From: Candidatus Cloacimonadota bacterium
GTDB lineage: Bacteria > Cloacimonadota > Cloacimonadia > Cloacimonadales > TCS61
Direction of reading: 5' to 3'
DNA: 64,000 bases
Assembly (NCBI GenBank): GCA_021736135.1
Contig: JAIPGO010000007.1
Coordinates: 2,589 to 66,588, forward strand
Positions 1 to 11,800 of this stretch are shown here, in pieces (position 1 is the first letter of the stretch; the number at the start of each line of letters is the position of its first letter). The position numbers and the translations under genes are program-made. Under the pieces are notes generated by a model. The model had not been told where the DNA came from, did no database searches, and saw only the letters and a program-made list of their open reading frames with translations.

Positions 1-1
1 A

Positions 2-1396
2 ATATTATTGCTGGAAGATGAAGCTGCAGTGGCACGTTCTTTTCAAAGATTGCTGGAACAAGAAAATTATCAGGTGGCTAGAGCTGCTGATAGTAAGGAA
101 TTTGATCTGGTTTATGAGAAATTACTACCAGACCTTATTCTCCTGGATATCGAATTGAAAAATAGTGAATTTAATGGTCTGGAAATATTCGCAAAAATAA
201 GACAGCAGGAAGATTTTAGAGCCAAAGTGATTGTACTTTCAGCCAAAGCAACGCGCATGCAGGTAGCAGAAGCAATGAAAATGGGTGCAATAAATTTTAT
301 CGAAAAAGGTACTTCCTTTAACCGTGATAAATTTTTAGCAGATATTAAACAAGCGCTGGAACTCAGCCGCAGAGAAAAACAGATAACTGATTTAAGGTTA
401 AGTAATCTGGATGGTTCTTTCATAGGCGATTCCGAAGACTCAAAAAGAATTAAACAACAAATTCTGAAACTCGCTCCCACTAACCTTAATATTCTGATTA
501 CGGGCGAAACAGGAACCGGTAAAGGCGTAATCGCCGAACTTATCCACCGTTATTCGAAACGTGCCCATAGGCCATATAAAGTTGTGGATGTGAAATCAAT
601 TCCTGACACTTTAATGGAATCCGAACTTTTCGGGCATACCAAAGGTGCTTTTACAGGCGCGGATGCCGAGAAAAAAGGTTATTTTGAAAATGCCGACCAG
701 GGTACGCTGTTCATTGATGAAATTTCGAACCTGTCTTTGGGCGAACAGGCAAAACTCCTCAAAGTTATCGAAGAAAAACAGATACCGGTCGTGGGAACCG
801 GAGGTAAAAACCGAAATGTGGATGTGCGCATTATAGCTGCCTCCAATCAGGACTTAACAGAACTTTCCAACGAGGGAAAATTCCGGAATGACCTATATTT
901 CAGACTGGCAGTGGGAAATATTCACATTCCACCCATAAGGCAGAGGCAGGAAGATATAATAGAACTGATGAACCGCTTTTTACTGGATTGCGCCAGAGAA
1001 AATAAAAATTCGCTAAACTACAATCTCAGTAAAATATCCAGTGATTTGCAATCCTACCCCTGGCCCGGAAATGTTCGCGAATTAAGGAATCTAACCATCT
1101 TCATCAGCCAGCTCTATGACCCGATAGATAACAGCGCCATTATGCGAGAATTCACGCAATTAAAGCAGCGCACCCACAAACTGACAAATGTCAATTGTCA
1201 CAACAAAGAAACCACCGAAATGGAAGCAATAATGCAAAATACCGACTACACCACCGCGATGAATACCTTCGAAAAACAATACCTGGAAACCCAATTGAAA
1301 CTCCACCACAATAAAGTCAGTGATACCGCAAATGCTCTGGGTCTAGAAAGAACAACCCTTTATAAGAAGATCAAGAAACTGGGAATAAATGAGTAA
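2..1396 (+). CDS. sigma54-dependent Fis-family response regulator (NtrC/AtoC-like); 5' end lies outside the window
   Basis: Receiver domain (LLEDE, DLILLDI), AAA+ Walker A GETGTGK, ESELFGH-x-KGAFTGA, Walker B LFIDEI, WPGNVREL, C-terminal HTH (TANALGLERTTLYKKIK). The frame is open to the window edge. Confidence 0.96.
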   Translation: MLLLEDEAAVARSFQRLLEQENYQVARAADSKEFDLVYEKLLPDLILLDIELKNSEFNGLEIFAKIRQQEDFRAKVIVLSAKATRMQVAEAMKMGAINFIEKGTSFNRDKFLADIKQALELSRREKQITDLRLSNLDGSFIGDSEDSKRIKQQILKLAPTNLNILITGETGTGKGVIAELIHRYSKRAHRPYKVVDVKSIPDTLMESELFGHTKGAFTGADAEKKGYFENADQGTLFIDEISNLSLGEQAKLLKVIEEKQIPVVGTGGKNRNVDVRIIAASNQDLTELSNEGKFRNDLYFRLAVGNIHIPPIRQRQEDIIELMNRFLLDCARENKNSLNYNLSKISSDLQSYPWPGNVRELRNLTIFISQLYDPIDNSAIMREFTQLKQRTHKLTNVNCHNKETTEMEAIMQNTDYTTAMNTFEKQYLETQLKLHHNKVSDTANALGLERTTLYKKIKKLGINE

Positions 1397-1522
1397 TTTT
1401 GAAAGAAAAAAAGAAGAGAAGAGAAGAAATCCAGAACATGTCTGGGTAAGTTTCCAGAGCAGACTTGCTCATCTGAGTTTATCTCTGATTATGAAGAAAT
1501 TTTATTGGGAGTGTTTATATCA

Positions 1523-4006
1523 ATGAAGATTTTAAAAAAGTTTATGCAGCCTGTTAATTTGCTTTTAGTGATACTCATAATTGCTGGTTTCACAGTTGGA
1601 CTTTTAAGACCAGATTGGGTGTTGGAAGGTAAGACAGCATTAAATATTCAAATTGAAAAGCGGCACTATTGTAACAGCTTCAGTTTGATTGACAATCCCA
1701 ATTATGACATGCTGATGTTAGCCAACTCTGCCGGGAATGTTGATGTTTTGTATCAGAACCAGAATAATGATCATTTTGCTCAAAGAGAGTTATCAAATTA
1801 TAAAGTCTATAGTCATTTAATTGAAAGAATAGATAATAATGCCTGGTTTTGCCTGATAAATAGAGACCTGAATAGCTATCTATTCAAAGCGTTTGATGAT
1901 GAAGGAAATATCGGACCAATTAAATATTTAATTCAGGAAGATCCCTGGAAAAGTAATCTGCTAAGGTCATATAGTGTATTTGATGATACAATCAAAGTAA
2001 ATCTATCAAGTTTCGAGGATCCTGACAAAACATACATTATAGATGTGTTTAATGATAGCATTAGTATTTCTATTGAAAAAGATTTACTTAATAATCTGAT
2101 AAGTGTTCCGATAAATCAGGTTGAATTTTCCCCTATATATTGTGACCTCTCAAGTGAATTGACTGAGAATTCAGGAAGAAATTTTACAAATCAGGATATC
2201 TATCGTCTTATCGCAGAAAAACGTCGGGCTTCATGGTATAAAGATAGTCTGAATTCAGATCGATGGAAAACTCTTTTCAACGGAACTATCCTTGAAGTAT
2301 GCGATATTGACAATGATGGAGATGATGATTTCATCATTTATATTGATGGGAGCAGGTTTGCACCAAGTTATTTACTATGTTACAATCCTACTAAAGAGAG
2401 AGTGCTGTGGGAAAAACCATTTTATTGCAGTCCCAAAAGGTTAAAAGTAACAGATATTGATAATGACGGTTTTCTTGAAATGATAGTTGTGTTCTATGCA
2501 AATGGAATTGAATGCAGCGCTGACTGGTTTGATTTCGACATAAGACTGGAATCTACTAAAAGCTACGTAGCTGTTTTCGATAATAATTGCCAGATCAAAT
2601 CATATAATGGTCATGAAGCACTTTTGGAAACCGGTAATTTCACCACTTATTCTGAAATCCAAGTATTGCCTTCAGGCAAGATTTTGACAGCGATAACAAC
2701 GGATTATGATGATTCTTTGAAAAACCTCCTGTTAGTTGATTTCTTCTCAAACAGAATTGATACTCTTGATATCACATATCAACAAGCCGAACATTTGCAA
2801 GAATTTGGAGAAAATATAGAATTTATTTATAAAAAGGAAGGAAAACTGACCAAAGATATTATCAACAGTGATTTAGCAGTAATTAATTCAGTTTCAATTG
2901 ATATTGAAAATAGGACCAACCTTAAATATATTACTAAGTTTACTCTATTTGACAAAGAATATACACTCTTGAGACCATGCAATGTATTAGACGATAAGTT
3001 TAACCTGATTTACCAAAATGAAGAATTCCTGTCTTTTCATAATATCCAGATAAAGGATAACATTATCTATTTCCTTGATGGTTATAAGGAGAAGCCGTAT
3101 TTACTAAAGAAAATGACCATTAATGAAAATCATCAAATTAATAGTTTATACATTGAAATATGGCTGATACTAATACTGATACTCATAACTTATCGTTTAA
3201 CCAGTATTTTTTTTAGAATTCCACAGAAAGAAGTGGACGGTAGCTATGCTGTGCTTTATCGATTTGCCGGTTTTCTATATAATTGGCGCATCTTTGGCAA
3301 AACCAGCGTTTATACACAACCGGTTGTGATGAGTATGTCACCAAAGAGATTCCATGACATCATGAAAGACATCTGTGAAAATTATCAGCTATTAACCTCG
3401 CGCAACCTCGGATTAGTTCAGCTTTCTGTATATAAACTTTTTATCGGCAATGAAATGCATATTATCCAGCGCATTGCACATGACATCAAAAACCAGGTGC
3501 ATTTGGCAAATTTGAAGTTGGGAGAAAATAGCGATGGGGACTTAGAAGAATCAATGCGTATGATTTTTGATAAATCAGCAATGTTATCAGATTTTTCAAG
3601 GATAAATCTCATGCAGAAAACTGAAATAGACCTGATTTGCCTGATAGACACAATACTGATCAAATTCAGTTCACACAAACGCTATAACGACATATTATGG
3701 GAACCAGAAGAAGCCGCAATTAAAATCACGGCTGATGAAAACCTCATCCAGATTGCAATAATCAATATTTTGAAAAATGCAATAGACTATTCCCCTGATG
3801 ATTCGCAGATAGCCATTATCATCAACGCTGACAAGTCATCAGTAAACATAAATATAACAAACCAGATCAACCCAGATATCACTGAAACCCAAAAAGGCAG
3901 CGGAATTGGACTAATGGCAACAGAAAAAATCATCACAGCCCACGGAGGAGAGTTCAGGTTCCAGAAAACTGATAATGCTACCGTCGAGATCATCTTGTAT
4001 AAATAA
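1523..4006 (+). CDS. membrane sensor histidine kinase with a large extracytoplasmic domain containing FG-GAP-like motifs
   Basis: N-terminal TM, DIDNDGDDD and DIDNDGFLE motifs, second TM (IEIWLILILILITY), H-box IAHDIKN, N-box NILKNAIDY, G2 GSGIGL. ATG 1523 chosen over TTG 1505. Confidence 0.88.
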   Translation: MKILKKFMQPVNLLLVILIIAGFTVGLLRPDWVLEGKTALNIQIEKRHYCNSFSLIDNPNYDMLMLANSAGNVDVLYQNQNNDHFAQRELSNYKVYSHLIERIDNNAWFCLINRDLNSYLFKAFDDEGNIGPIKYLIQEDPWKSNLLRSYSVFDDTIKVNLSSFEDPDKTYIIDVFNDSISISIEKDLLNNLISVPINQVEFSPIYCDLSSELTENSGRNFTNQDIYRLIAEKRRASWYKDSLNSDRWKTLFNGTILEVCDIDNDGDDDFIIYIDGSRFAPSYLLCYNPTKERVLWEKPFYCSPKRLKVTDIDNDGFLEMIVVFYANGIECSADWFDFDIRLESTKSYVAVFDNNCQIKSYNGHEALLETGNFTTYSEIQVLPSGKILTAITTDYDDSLKNLLLVDFFSNRIDTLDITYQQAEHLQEFGENIEFIYKKEGKLTKDIINSDLAVINSVSIDIENRTNLKYITKFTLFDKEYTLLRPCNVLDDKFNLIYQNEEFLSFHNIQIKDNIIYFLDGYKEKPYLLKKMTINENHQINSLYIEIWLILILILITYRLTSIFFRIPQKEVDGSYAVLYRFAGFLYNWRIFGKTSVYTQPVVMSMSPKRFHDIMKDICENYQLLTSRNLGLVQLSVYKLFIGNEMHIIQRIAHDIKNQVHLANLKLGENSDGDLEESMRMIFDKSAMLSDFSRINLMQKTEIDLICLIDTILIKFSSHKRYNDILWEPEEAAIKITADENLIQIAIINILKNAIDYSPDDSQIAIIINADKSSVNINITNQINPDITETQKGSGIGLMATEKIITAHGGEFRFQKTDNATVEIILYK

Positions 4007-4062
4007 ACCAAAGAAAAATACTCAATAGCAATTAGTATATCTTACCTTGTCTTCTCTTACAT

Positions 4063-4141
4063 TATCCGTGTGGTCTGTGCTGTCCGTGGTTGATAATCTT
4101 CTCTTTTTTTTAAACCACTGACCCCGCTGACCACACGGACG
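4063..4141. repeat. inverted pair of 9-bp-period TCCGTG micro-arrays
   Basis: atccgtgtggtctgtgctgtccgtggtt ... aaccactgaccccgctgaccacacggac are imperfect reverse complements. Confidence 0.7.
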
Positions 4142-4915
4142 AAGAATAATGTTCAATAGCAAATTTAACAAACCTTATCTTGTCTTCTTCATCCATTCTC
4201 ATTTTCACATCCTCCCAATTTCTCATCATTTTCTTCTATCCGTGCTATCCGATAAATCCAGCCTGCCAGGGCGTAATGAAATGGAGACTAGTGATTCATA
4301 ATCTTCTTTTTCATTTTACATTTTACTTTTTACATTTCTGGAAATCCGTGGTTCAAAATATCTCATTTTTCTCCACTAATAATCTTTAATCTTCTCTCCT
4401 CCTCCCTCCTTTTTACCTTGAGGATAACATCTAAACGATCGACCTTATTCTCAAAGATCCAAGTTACGTAAGTGCATTTTACTACTAAAATCAGCCATTT
4501 CTCAGTAACATCAACCATTACTAACTCAAATACAACACAGTTACGCATCAAATATCTATCAGACGTTCCTTAAAGGGGCAAGAGAGAGGGGTTAAAGAAG
4601 GTTTAAACCTCAATTAAGTCACTTATGTGATTGAAATGTAACAATTGTTCTCTTCTTTCTTGACGTTATCAAAACCATGCTTTAAGCCAATATCAAAATT
4701 GGCTTATAAATGATATTTTGTCAAGCATCAATTTACCCCGCTTCTCTTTTTCTTCAATCTTTCATCTTTAATCTTTAATCTATAATTCTCCCCCCCCCCT
4801 TTTTCAACTTCTAAGAAAACTTCGTTTTCTACAAATTAACATAGTTAATTTACTCCATAAATATACTCCAAATTAAAAACAAAAAAAATATCTGGGATGA
4901 ACTGAAACTATAACA

Positions 4916-4953
4916 TGTTGATTTTAATCCACTCCTGTTGATTAATTTCTACA
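4916..4953. promoter_or_regulatory. tandem palindromic upstream activator sites (putative bEBP enhancer)
   Basis: TGTTGA-N6-TCCACT (4916-4933) and TGTTGA-N6-TCTACA (4936-4953), centres 20 bp apart, ending about 85 bp upstream of the -24 element. Confidence 0.65.
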
Positions 4954-5036
4954 AATCATTTAGCAAATTCACATAGCAAATTATGATAAATATCCGATAT
5001 AATTACATTTATCCAGATAAAATAAATTAGGTTAAG

Positions 5037-5051
5037 TGGAACACTGATTGC
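5037..5051 (+). promoter_or_regulatory. sigma54 (-24/-12) promoter
   Basis: TGGAAC-actga-TTGC gives exact GG-N10-GC spacing (GG 5038-39, GC 5050-51). It is followed by SD GGAGG and ATG 5085. Confidence 0.75.
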
Positions 5052-5084
5052 TTATAGTAAATCAAATCAATATTTGGAGGGAAC

Positions 5085-5498
5085 ATGAAGAAAGGTTTAT
5101 TTTTCTTCATATTTTTTTGTTTCTGTTGTAGTTTAGCTGCTGTATCAAATCTATCTTTAGATGATGTAAAAGTTAATATTGTTGCTGCTGCTATTGGCTC
5201 AACCATCTCTGATGAGTTAGAGTCAATAACTAACAAATTTTCATTCACAGTCAGGTGGAGCAATGCAAGAGATGACGCTCCTGCTCATATGAATAGCATG
5301 TCAATATCATTTCCAAACTTTACCTCTTCTACGTATCTTTCAAAAGTTAGAAATAGTTCAAGGGCAGGTTCCAAGGTTCTTGATAATGGAGAATTTTTGG
5401 GGACTGAAGGAGGTGGAGTTATATTTGCGGATTTTGTAACTTCAAAAGTAGTAGATAACAATATTTTGCATGGAGAGGTGGATGCAAAAGATAAATAA
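5085..5498 (+). CDS. secreted hypothetical protein, probably truncated by frameshifts (possible original end 5647)
   Basis: SD GGAGG and signal peptide MKKGLFFFIFFCFCCSLAA. Protein-like continuations exist in the other frames (INKDAGRYSITLISGNFNN, then GLFIGLSTTSGRGVKGVILLKLKVKRFDIEQI*). Confidence 0.6.
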   Translation: MKKGLFFFIFFCFCCSLAAVSNLSLDDVKVNIVAAAIGSTISDELESITNKFSFTVRWSNARDDAPAHMNSMSISFPNFTSSTYLSKVRNSSRAGSKVLDNGEFLGTEGGGVIFADFVTSKVVDNNILHGEVDAKDK

Positions 5499-5810
5499 AG
5501 ATGCCGGTAGATACAGCATCACCTTGATTTCAGGAAACTTTAACAATGGGTTTATTCATTGGTCTTTCAACCACTTCAGGCCGAGGAGTGAAAGGTGTTA
5601 TCCTTCTTAAGTTGAAAGTAAAAAGGTTTGATATTGAGCAGATTTGAAGATGAAACGTAGATGCCAGATAACACAGATCGGCACAGGTATTATTACTTAT
5701 TGTTTATTAATAATCTCTAATATTTCTAACCTGCGAACAACAGTGATTATAAGTTTAATCAGTGTTATATATGAGGAAGATAAAAAAAATACATAATCAA
5801 TATTTTAGGA

Positions 5811-8800
5811 GTGAAAATGAAAAGAGAAAAAAGAGGTTTAGTACTTTTTATTATTGTGTTGTTCATTTGTACACTTAATTCAGAAGAATTAAGAATGAAA
5901 GAATCTGGTCATTATATTAAGTTTACGGTTGATGATAGTAATATTGATTTTTTATCAAAATTATTTTCTAACATTAATTCAATTGGAGATTATGATGAAT
6001 TTGTAGATGATCAAAATATTTTTCAATTATTAAAAGAGAAAAACATTGGATATAATTTTGTAGGTGTTCAATATTCATATCAAAGTCAAAGGATACCTGA
6101 TAGAGAATCCAGAGACCAATTGCTTGGATCCAACACAAATAACTATAACATTCCAGATCTTGGTTCAACTGCGTCAAATTTTACCATGAGTAATGCTCCT
6201 AATGGAGCTACTATTACCGGAATTTCATACGATGTAAAGGTCATTCACACATGGATATCTGATTTATTGTTAGAAATCAATAATGGTAATAGATACCTTA
6301 CAGTATGGAATCATGCAGGTGGTAGTGATGATGACATTTATTTAAATTGGATATGGTCAAGTTACTTTGATGGAGAACCTTTAAATGATACTTGGTCACT
6401 TTATGCTGAAGACACAGTTGCTGGAGATACTGGATATATTGATTGGTTTAAAATCAACTTTTTTTATGACCCTCCATTACCAGATTTAGTAATTCAAAAT
6501 GAACTTGTTAATAACTCAAGTTCATCAGTTGAAGTTTATCCTGGAGATCAATTATCAACAAGTTGCAGGGTTAGAAATATCGGGGATGCAACAGCAGATC
6601 CAGAATGGGTTGGTTACTATTTTGAGAATGATGTACCAACTAGTTTTAATGATTTAGACAATTACATTGGTAATGATGGTTATGGTGGCTGGATTACGGG
6701 ATTACCTCCTAATGGATACGAAGATGAGACATATAATTATACTGTGCCAACAAACACTAATCCTGGCCCATATTTTTTTGCATTTTATGCAGATTATCAG
6801 GAAGACACGTCTGAATCTAATGAAGATAATAATCTTGAATATGTTACTGTATATGTTTTGACTCCACAGCAAATAACCCAGCAATACTGGTCGACAACAT
6901 CATCATCAGGAAACGAGATATCAAATAATACATATTTCGAAGCTGGAACGACAATTTACTTAAATGTCCATGCTACGGGATATTCATCAGTGGATTGTTA
7001 TATATATGAAGATGATATAGTTAGAGATGGTGAGCAAAGACTTGAGCGAGATCAACTTCAATCAACCGTGACAGTAACGGGTCTTTCGGATGGATTTGGA
7101 TATGCGACCTATACACTACCGTGGGTTGATGACGTATCAGGAGGCCCAGAGTTTTATTTTAGAGTACTTAATAGCTCATCACATCAGAGTAACTTAGTAA
7201 GAGTTCAAGATACGACGGATCCAAGTGTTCCAGTTCTTTCATCACCTTCAAATGGAACATCATTCAATTTTAATCAAAATACTATAAGTTTTGATTGGCA
7301 AAATTCCAATGATGGTTCAGGCAGCGGAATAGATGACTATCATATTCAAGTATCGACGACTTCTACATTTAGCACAATTGAATGGGAGGTCAATCGTAGC
7401 TCATCGGATGCAAGTCATACTTTTGATTCAGGAGATACATATTATTGGCATGTTAATGCAACAGATAATCAGAATAATACATCTAATTACTGTTCTATCC
7501 GGAGCTTTAGCATTTCTCAACCTCCACCGGACTTAATTATTGACAATATATACAATCTAGCTTCGTCCTATTATCCTGGTGATACAATTGAGATATCTTT
7601 TGGTGTTAGAAATCAAGGAGACGGAGATTCACCACCTGCTGAAGTAGGTTTGTATTTTTCAACATCGCAATATTATGTAAACGGACAACCATATGACACA
7701 TTCACTACAAATTCCTTAGTATCAAACGAAATAGAATATTATACTTTAAGTACAACAATTCCTGATAATCTTACAGAAGGGACTATATGGGCAAATTTGT
7801 ATGTTGACTATAATCAGGTAATCACAGAGGAAGAAGAGGGTAATAATGTTAATGGTGAAAGCTTTACTTATTATGCTTCGGATCCTCCAGAAATCTCAAC
7901 TTATTCTCCAATTCCCCCCTTAAATATTTATACTAATGATCAGATTACTTTTAATGTTCAAGGTAGTGATCAAAATGGAGACTTATTTCAAGTAAAATGG
8001 TGGGTGAATGGTGGTTTAATTGAGACACATTCCATTTCAGGATCAACATTTAACGATTCATATACAAAAACTGGATTTGCAGCAATACAGAATGAAATCA
8101 CTGCAATAGTATGGGATGAACAAGGTAATTGTGATGAGCAAGCATGGGTTTTTACTCCAGTTTTACCTCTGCCAGACTTAATTGTTGACAATATATACAA
8201 TTTGGCTTCAACTTATTATTCTGGTGATGATATTGAAATTTCTTTCGGTGTTCGAAATCAAGGAGACGGTGATTCACCACCTGCTGAAGTGGGTTTGTAT
8301 TTTTCGACGTCGCAATATTATGTAAATGGACAATTATATGATACATTCTCCACTAATTCCATAGTATCAGGCGACATAGAATATTATACTTTGAATGCAA
8401 CTGTTCCTGATAATCTTACTGAGGGAATTATATGGGCAAATTTGTATGTTGACTATAATCAATTAATCATAGAGGAAGACGAGGATAATAATGTTGATGG
8501 TGAAAGCTTTGAGTATAATGTACCGGGGCTTCCTGAAATAACGAATGCGGATTTAAGCCCTGATATGGATTTCTATCCTGGTCAAATATTTACAGCATCA
8601 TATACTGTGGATAATAGTAGCAATATAAATATTGATGGTTTTCTTTGGTTCAGAGTTAATACTGAAACCGGGCATTATTTTACTTTTCCAGATGAAAGTG
8701 GAGAGTATTATGTTCCAGTTACTTTCACACCGGGAGAACACACCTATTCAAGAACATGTGTGATTTCGGAAAATACAGATCCAGGTACTCATGATGCTGA

Positions 8801-11800
8801 TCTTGTGATTACACCCACAGATGGCGTCTGGGGTGATTATTGGGATTGGTATGAATATCCAGACGCATTAGTAATTGCAGATTTAGAGCTCAATATAATC
8901 AGCCCTGTTAATGATCTTGAACTAGTGCAAGGTGATAGCTTCGAAATTATCTGGGAATCAAATGCTGACTTTGTTAGCATTTTCTACGATAATGATACTA
9001 ATATGGAAAATGGTGGCGTGAATTGGATAGCTGCATTGCAAGAACCGAATGGAAATATTCCCTACAATACAAGTAACTTTAACTTAGGAGTTCCGTATTA
9101 TATTGGTGTCCTTGCAAGTATCCGTGAGGATGATGAAGTAATATTTGATGTTATTGAATATGCAACTGGAACAGTGACAGTCCTTGAGGAAAACAATCCC
9201 CCTTATGTTGATTTAGAATCTATTCAAGTCCCAGATGCACTAGTAAGTAATAATAATTTGCTAACAGTTGCATATTGTAATGAAGAAGGGATTGAGGATA
9301 TAAGATACTGTGGTTTACGATTGGATCACCCAGATCCCAATGTCAATGATATAACAATGTTCTATGATAATGAAAATGACGAATGGTATCTTTGGGAAGA
9401 ATATGGGATTGGTTATGCTAATTTAGATGATAATCCCAATGTAAATACTATTGGTAATAATTTATCAATTATTTGGAATTTTGATTTGCTAAGCACTTGG
9501 CCGAATACATCAGAAGGAATCGATGTGCTCTTTTATGTAGAAGATTATGATGGAAACAACAATGATTGGGTATCTGGAAATATTGATAATCTAGGCTATT
9601 TAGACCAATCAGGATTGTATTACATTAGTGGTTTAGGTTATGAAATGCAGAACAATAATTTGGTTGTTATTGACATAGGAATATTTGCTCTTACTCAAAG
9701 TGATGGACTTACTCTTTCAATTAATAGTCAAAACGGAAATATTATTTCAAATATTCAAAATGATCCTATTGAAATTACATTAGCAGGAATTACTAACTTT
9801 GAATATCCATTACAATTAAACTCAAATGACCCTTTTATTGAGGACATCGCTGTTGATTTAAGATTTGAAGGAGAAATATTGACTATTCCATATTCAATAC
9901 GTTTAGATTTAAATTCTATCTCAATTATCAACGATGATATTGCCTTTTCTGACCAATCTCAAACTCTTGGGGGAGAAACAATTCAATCAATTATAGAAAG
10001 ATTTTCACCCATCCTTAAAACTGATGAGATTGATGACTATAGAGATCATGCTCCAAAAGATATTAATGCTATGATTAATGCATCAGAAACAGGTGAATTT
10101 GAAGAAATGTCAATTGTGGAGGGTGGAATATATTCACATAGTGTTACAAGTCCTGGTGATTTCAATACATTCAATTTTGTTGATTCGAAATTAGATTTAC
10201 CTAATGTTGATACCTTCTCTCAAAGTCATCACGAATGGAGTGATGATGCACTTCAATATCTTAGTGAATTACCGAATAAAATTTATGCGAGAGCTTGCGA
10301 GCAATTTATAAATTTAGATGGTGACGAGTTAACCTATTCAGGAAATTCTTTAATAATACAATATTGGTTTCCTCATATAGTAAATAACTTATCTAATGTG
10401 CCCGGAGTATTAGCAGGCAACTATCATGAGGGTGATGTAGAAAATGCTACAGTTATATTATCTTTAGAGGAAGATATTGGCTATTTAAAACCATTGGCAA
10501 TGATTTTATCAAAGCATTATAGTGGTTCTTGGTCAAAGTGGTCTGAAATAGAAAAGAGTATTGAAGAGGATAATCTAACTGAACATCCAATAATCTATAT
10601 TGCAAATGGATCACATGCAAATTTCTTTTCTTCAAATTCAGAGGAATTAACACATTCTAGTACCAATGCTGACCATGATATCCATCAAGGTCGAGGTTTC
10701 TGGTTATCTAACAATGATATTAATGGAGAGGATTTTGTGTATGAAGTATCCCTTTTACCAAGTTTAAATGATATAAATTCTGATAATAATTCGTATTCAT
10801 GGTTAAAATATTCTGGACATTGGGGAAGTTCTATCTATGATGCAAGACTTGGGATATCAAACCCCAGCCCACCTATGTATCCTTTTACGAAATACGCACA
10901 TGATGGTGATATCTACAGATGGTTAAATCCCTCTGGTTGGATCGAACATTGTATTGATGTAGAAGAAGAGTATGATCATTTTGATCTTGGTGATGATTAT
11001 TTGCCTGAGTTAGTTAATATTGAGACGACATATTCAGGTAATAATGTAATCATTTCCGGTGAAATTGTTATTGATGAACTACATGATTTTGATGGATATC
11101 GAATTGGATTCCCATTAGGATATTCACAAACATCTCAACTGATTAGTAATGATGTTGGAATTCAGAACTTTGAGCTATCAGTTCCTAATGAAAGCTTTGA
11201 CTTCGATGACAAAATTTACCTGGTTTCCATGAATGAATCTCTTAGCCAATATCATGGCAATATGATGTATGAATATGTCAACATGGCAATTTATGAAACT
11301 ATCACAATTCCCAATATTGCACCTGAAATGCCCGAAGATCTATATCCTGATGATGGAATAACCCTTTTAGATTTATTCCCAACTTTCTCATGGAGTGATT
11401 TTCAGGATGGAGGTGATGGAGAAATCTGTTCTGGATATCAATTCCGTGTACTTTGTGATGAAAATAATGATGAAATAGTATATGATACTGGATTAATAGA
11501 ATCAGCTCCTTTTAATTTTCATACTTACAGTCCTGGAACTTATACAGGCATTGACCTTGTTACTGGAGATGAGAGAGTAAGTGAACATTTAGAATGGTTC
11601 ACGCACTATCATTGGCATGTCCGCTATCAAGATAGTGGAGGAGACTGGAGCTCTTGGAGTGCGGATGATTTAGACAGCCATCAGGATTTTTATACTCCAC
11701 AAGAACCCACTTTAAACGCAGAGCCAGAATTTATTCCGATAACCTATTCAGAAGGGAATGAATCCTTTGTCATATCGAATGCCGGGGGGAGTACCATGAA

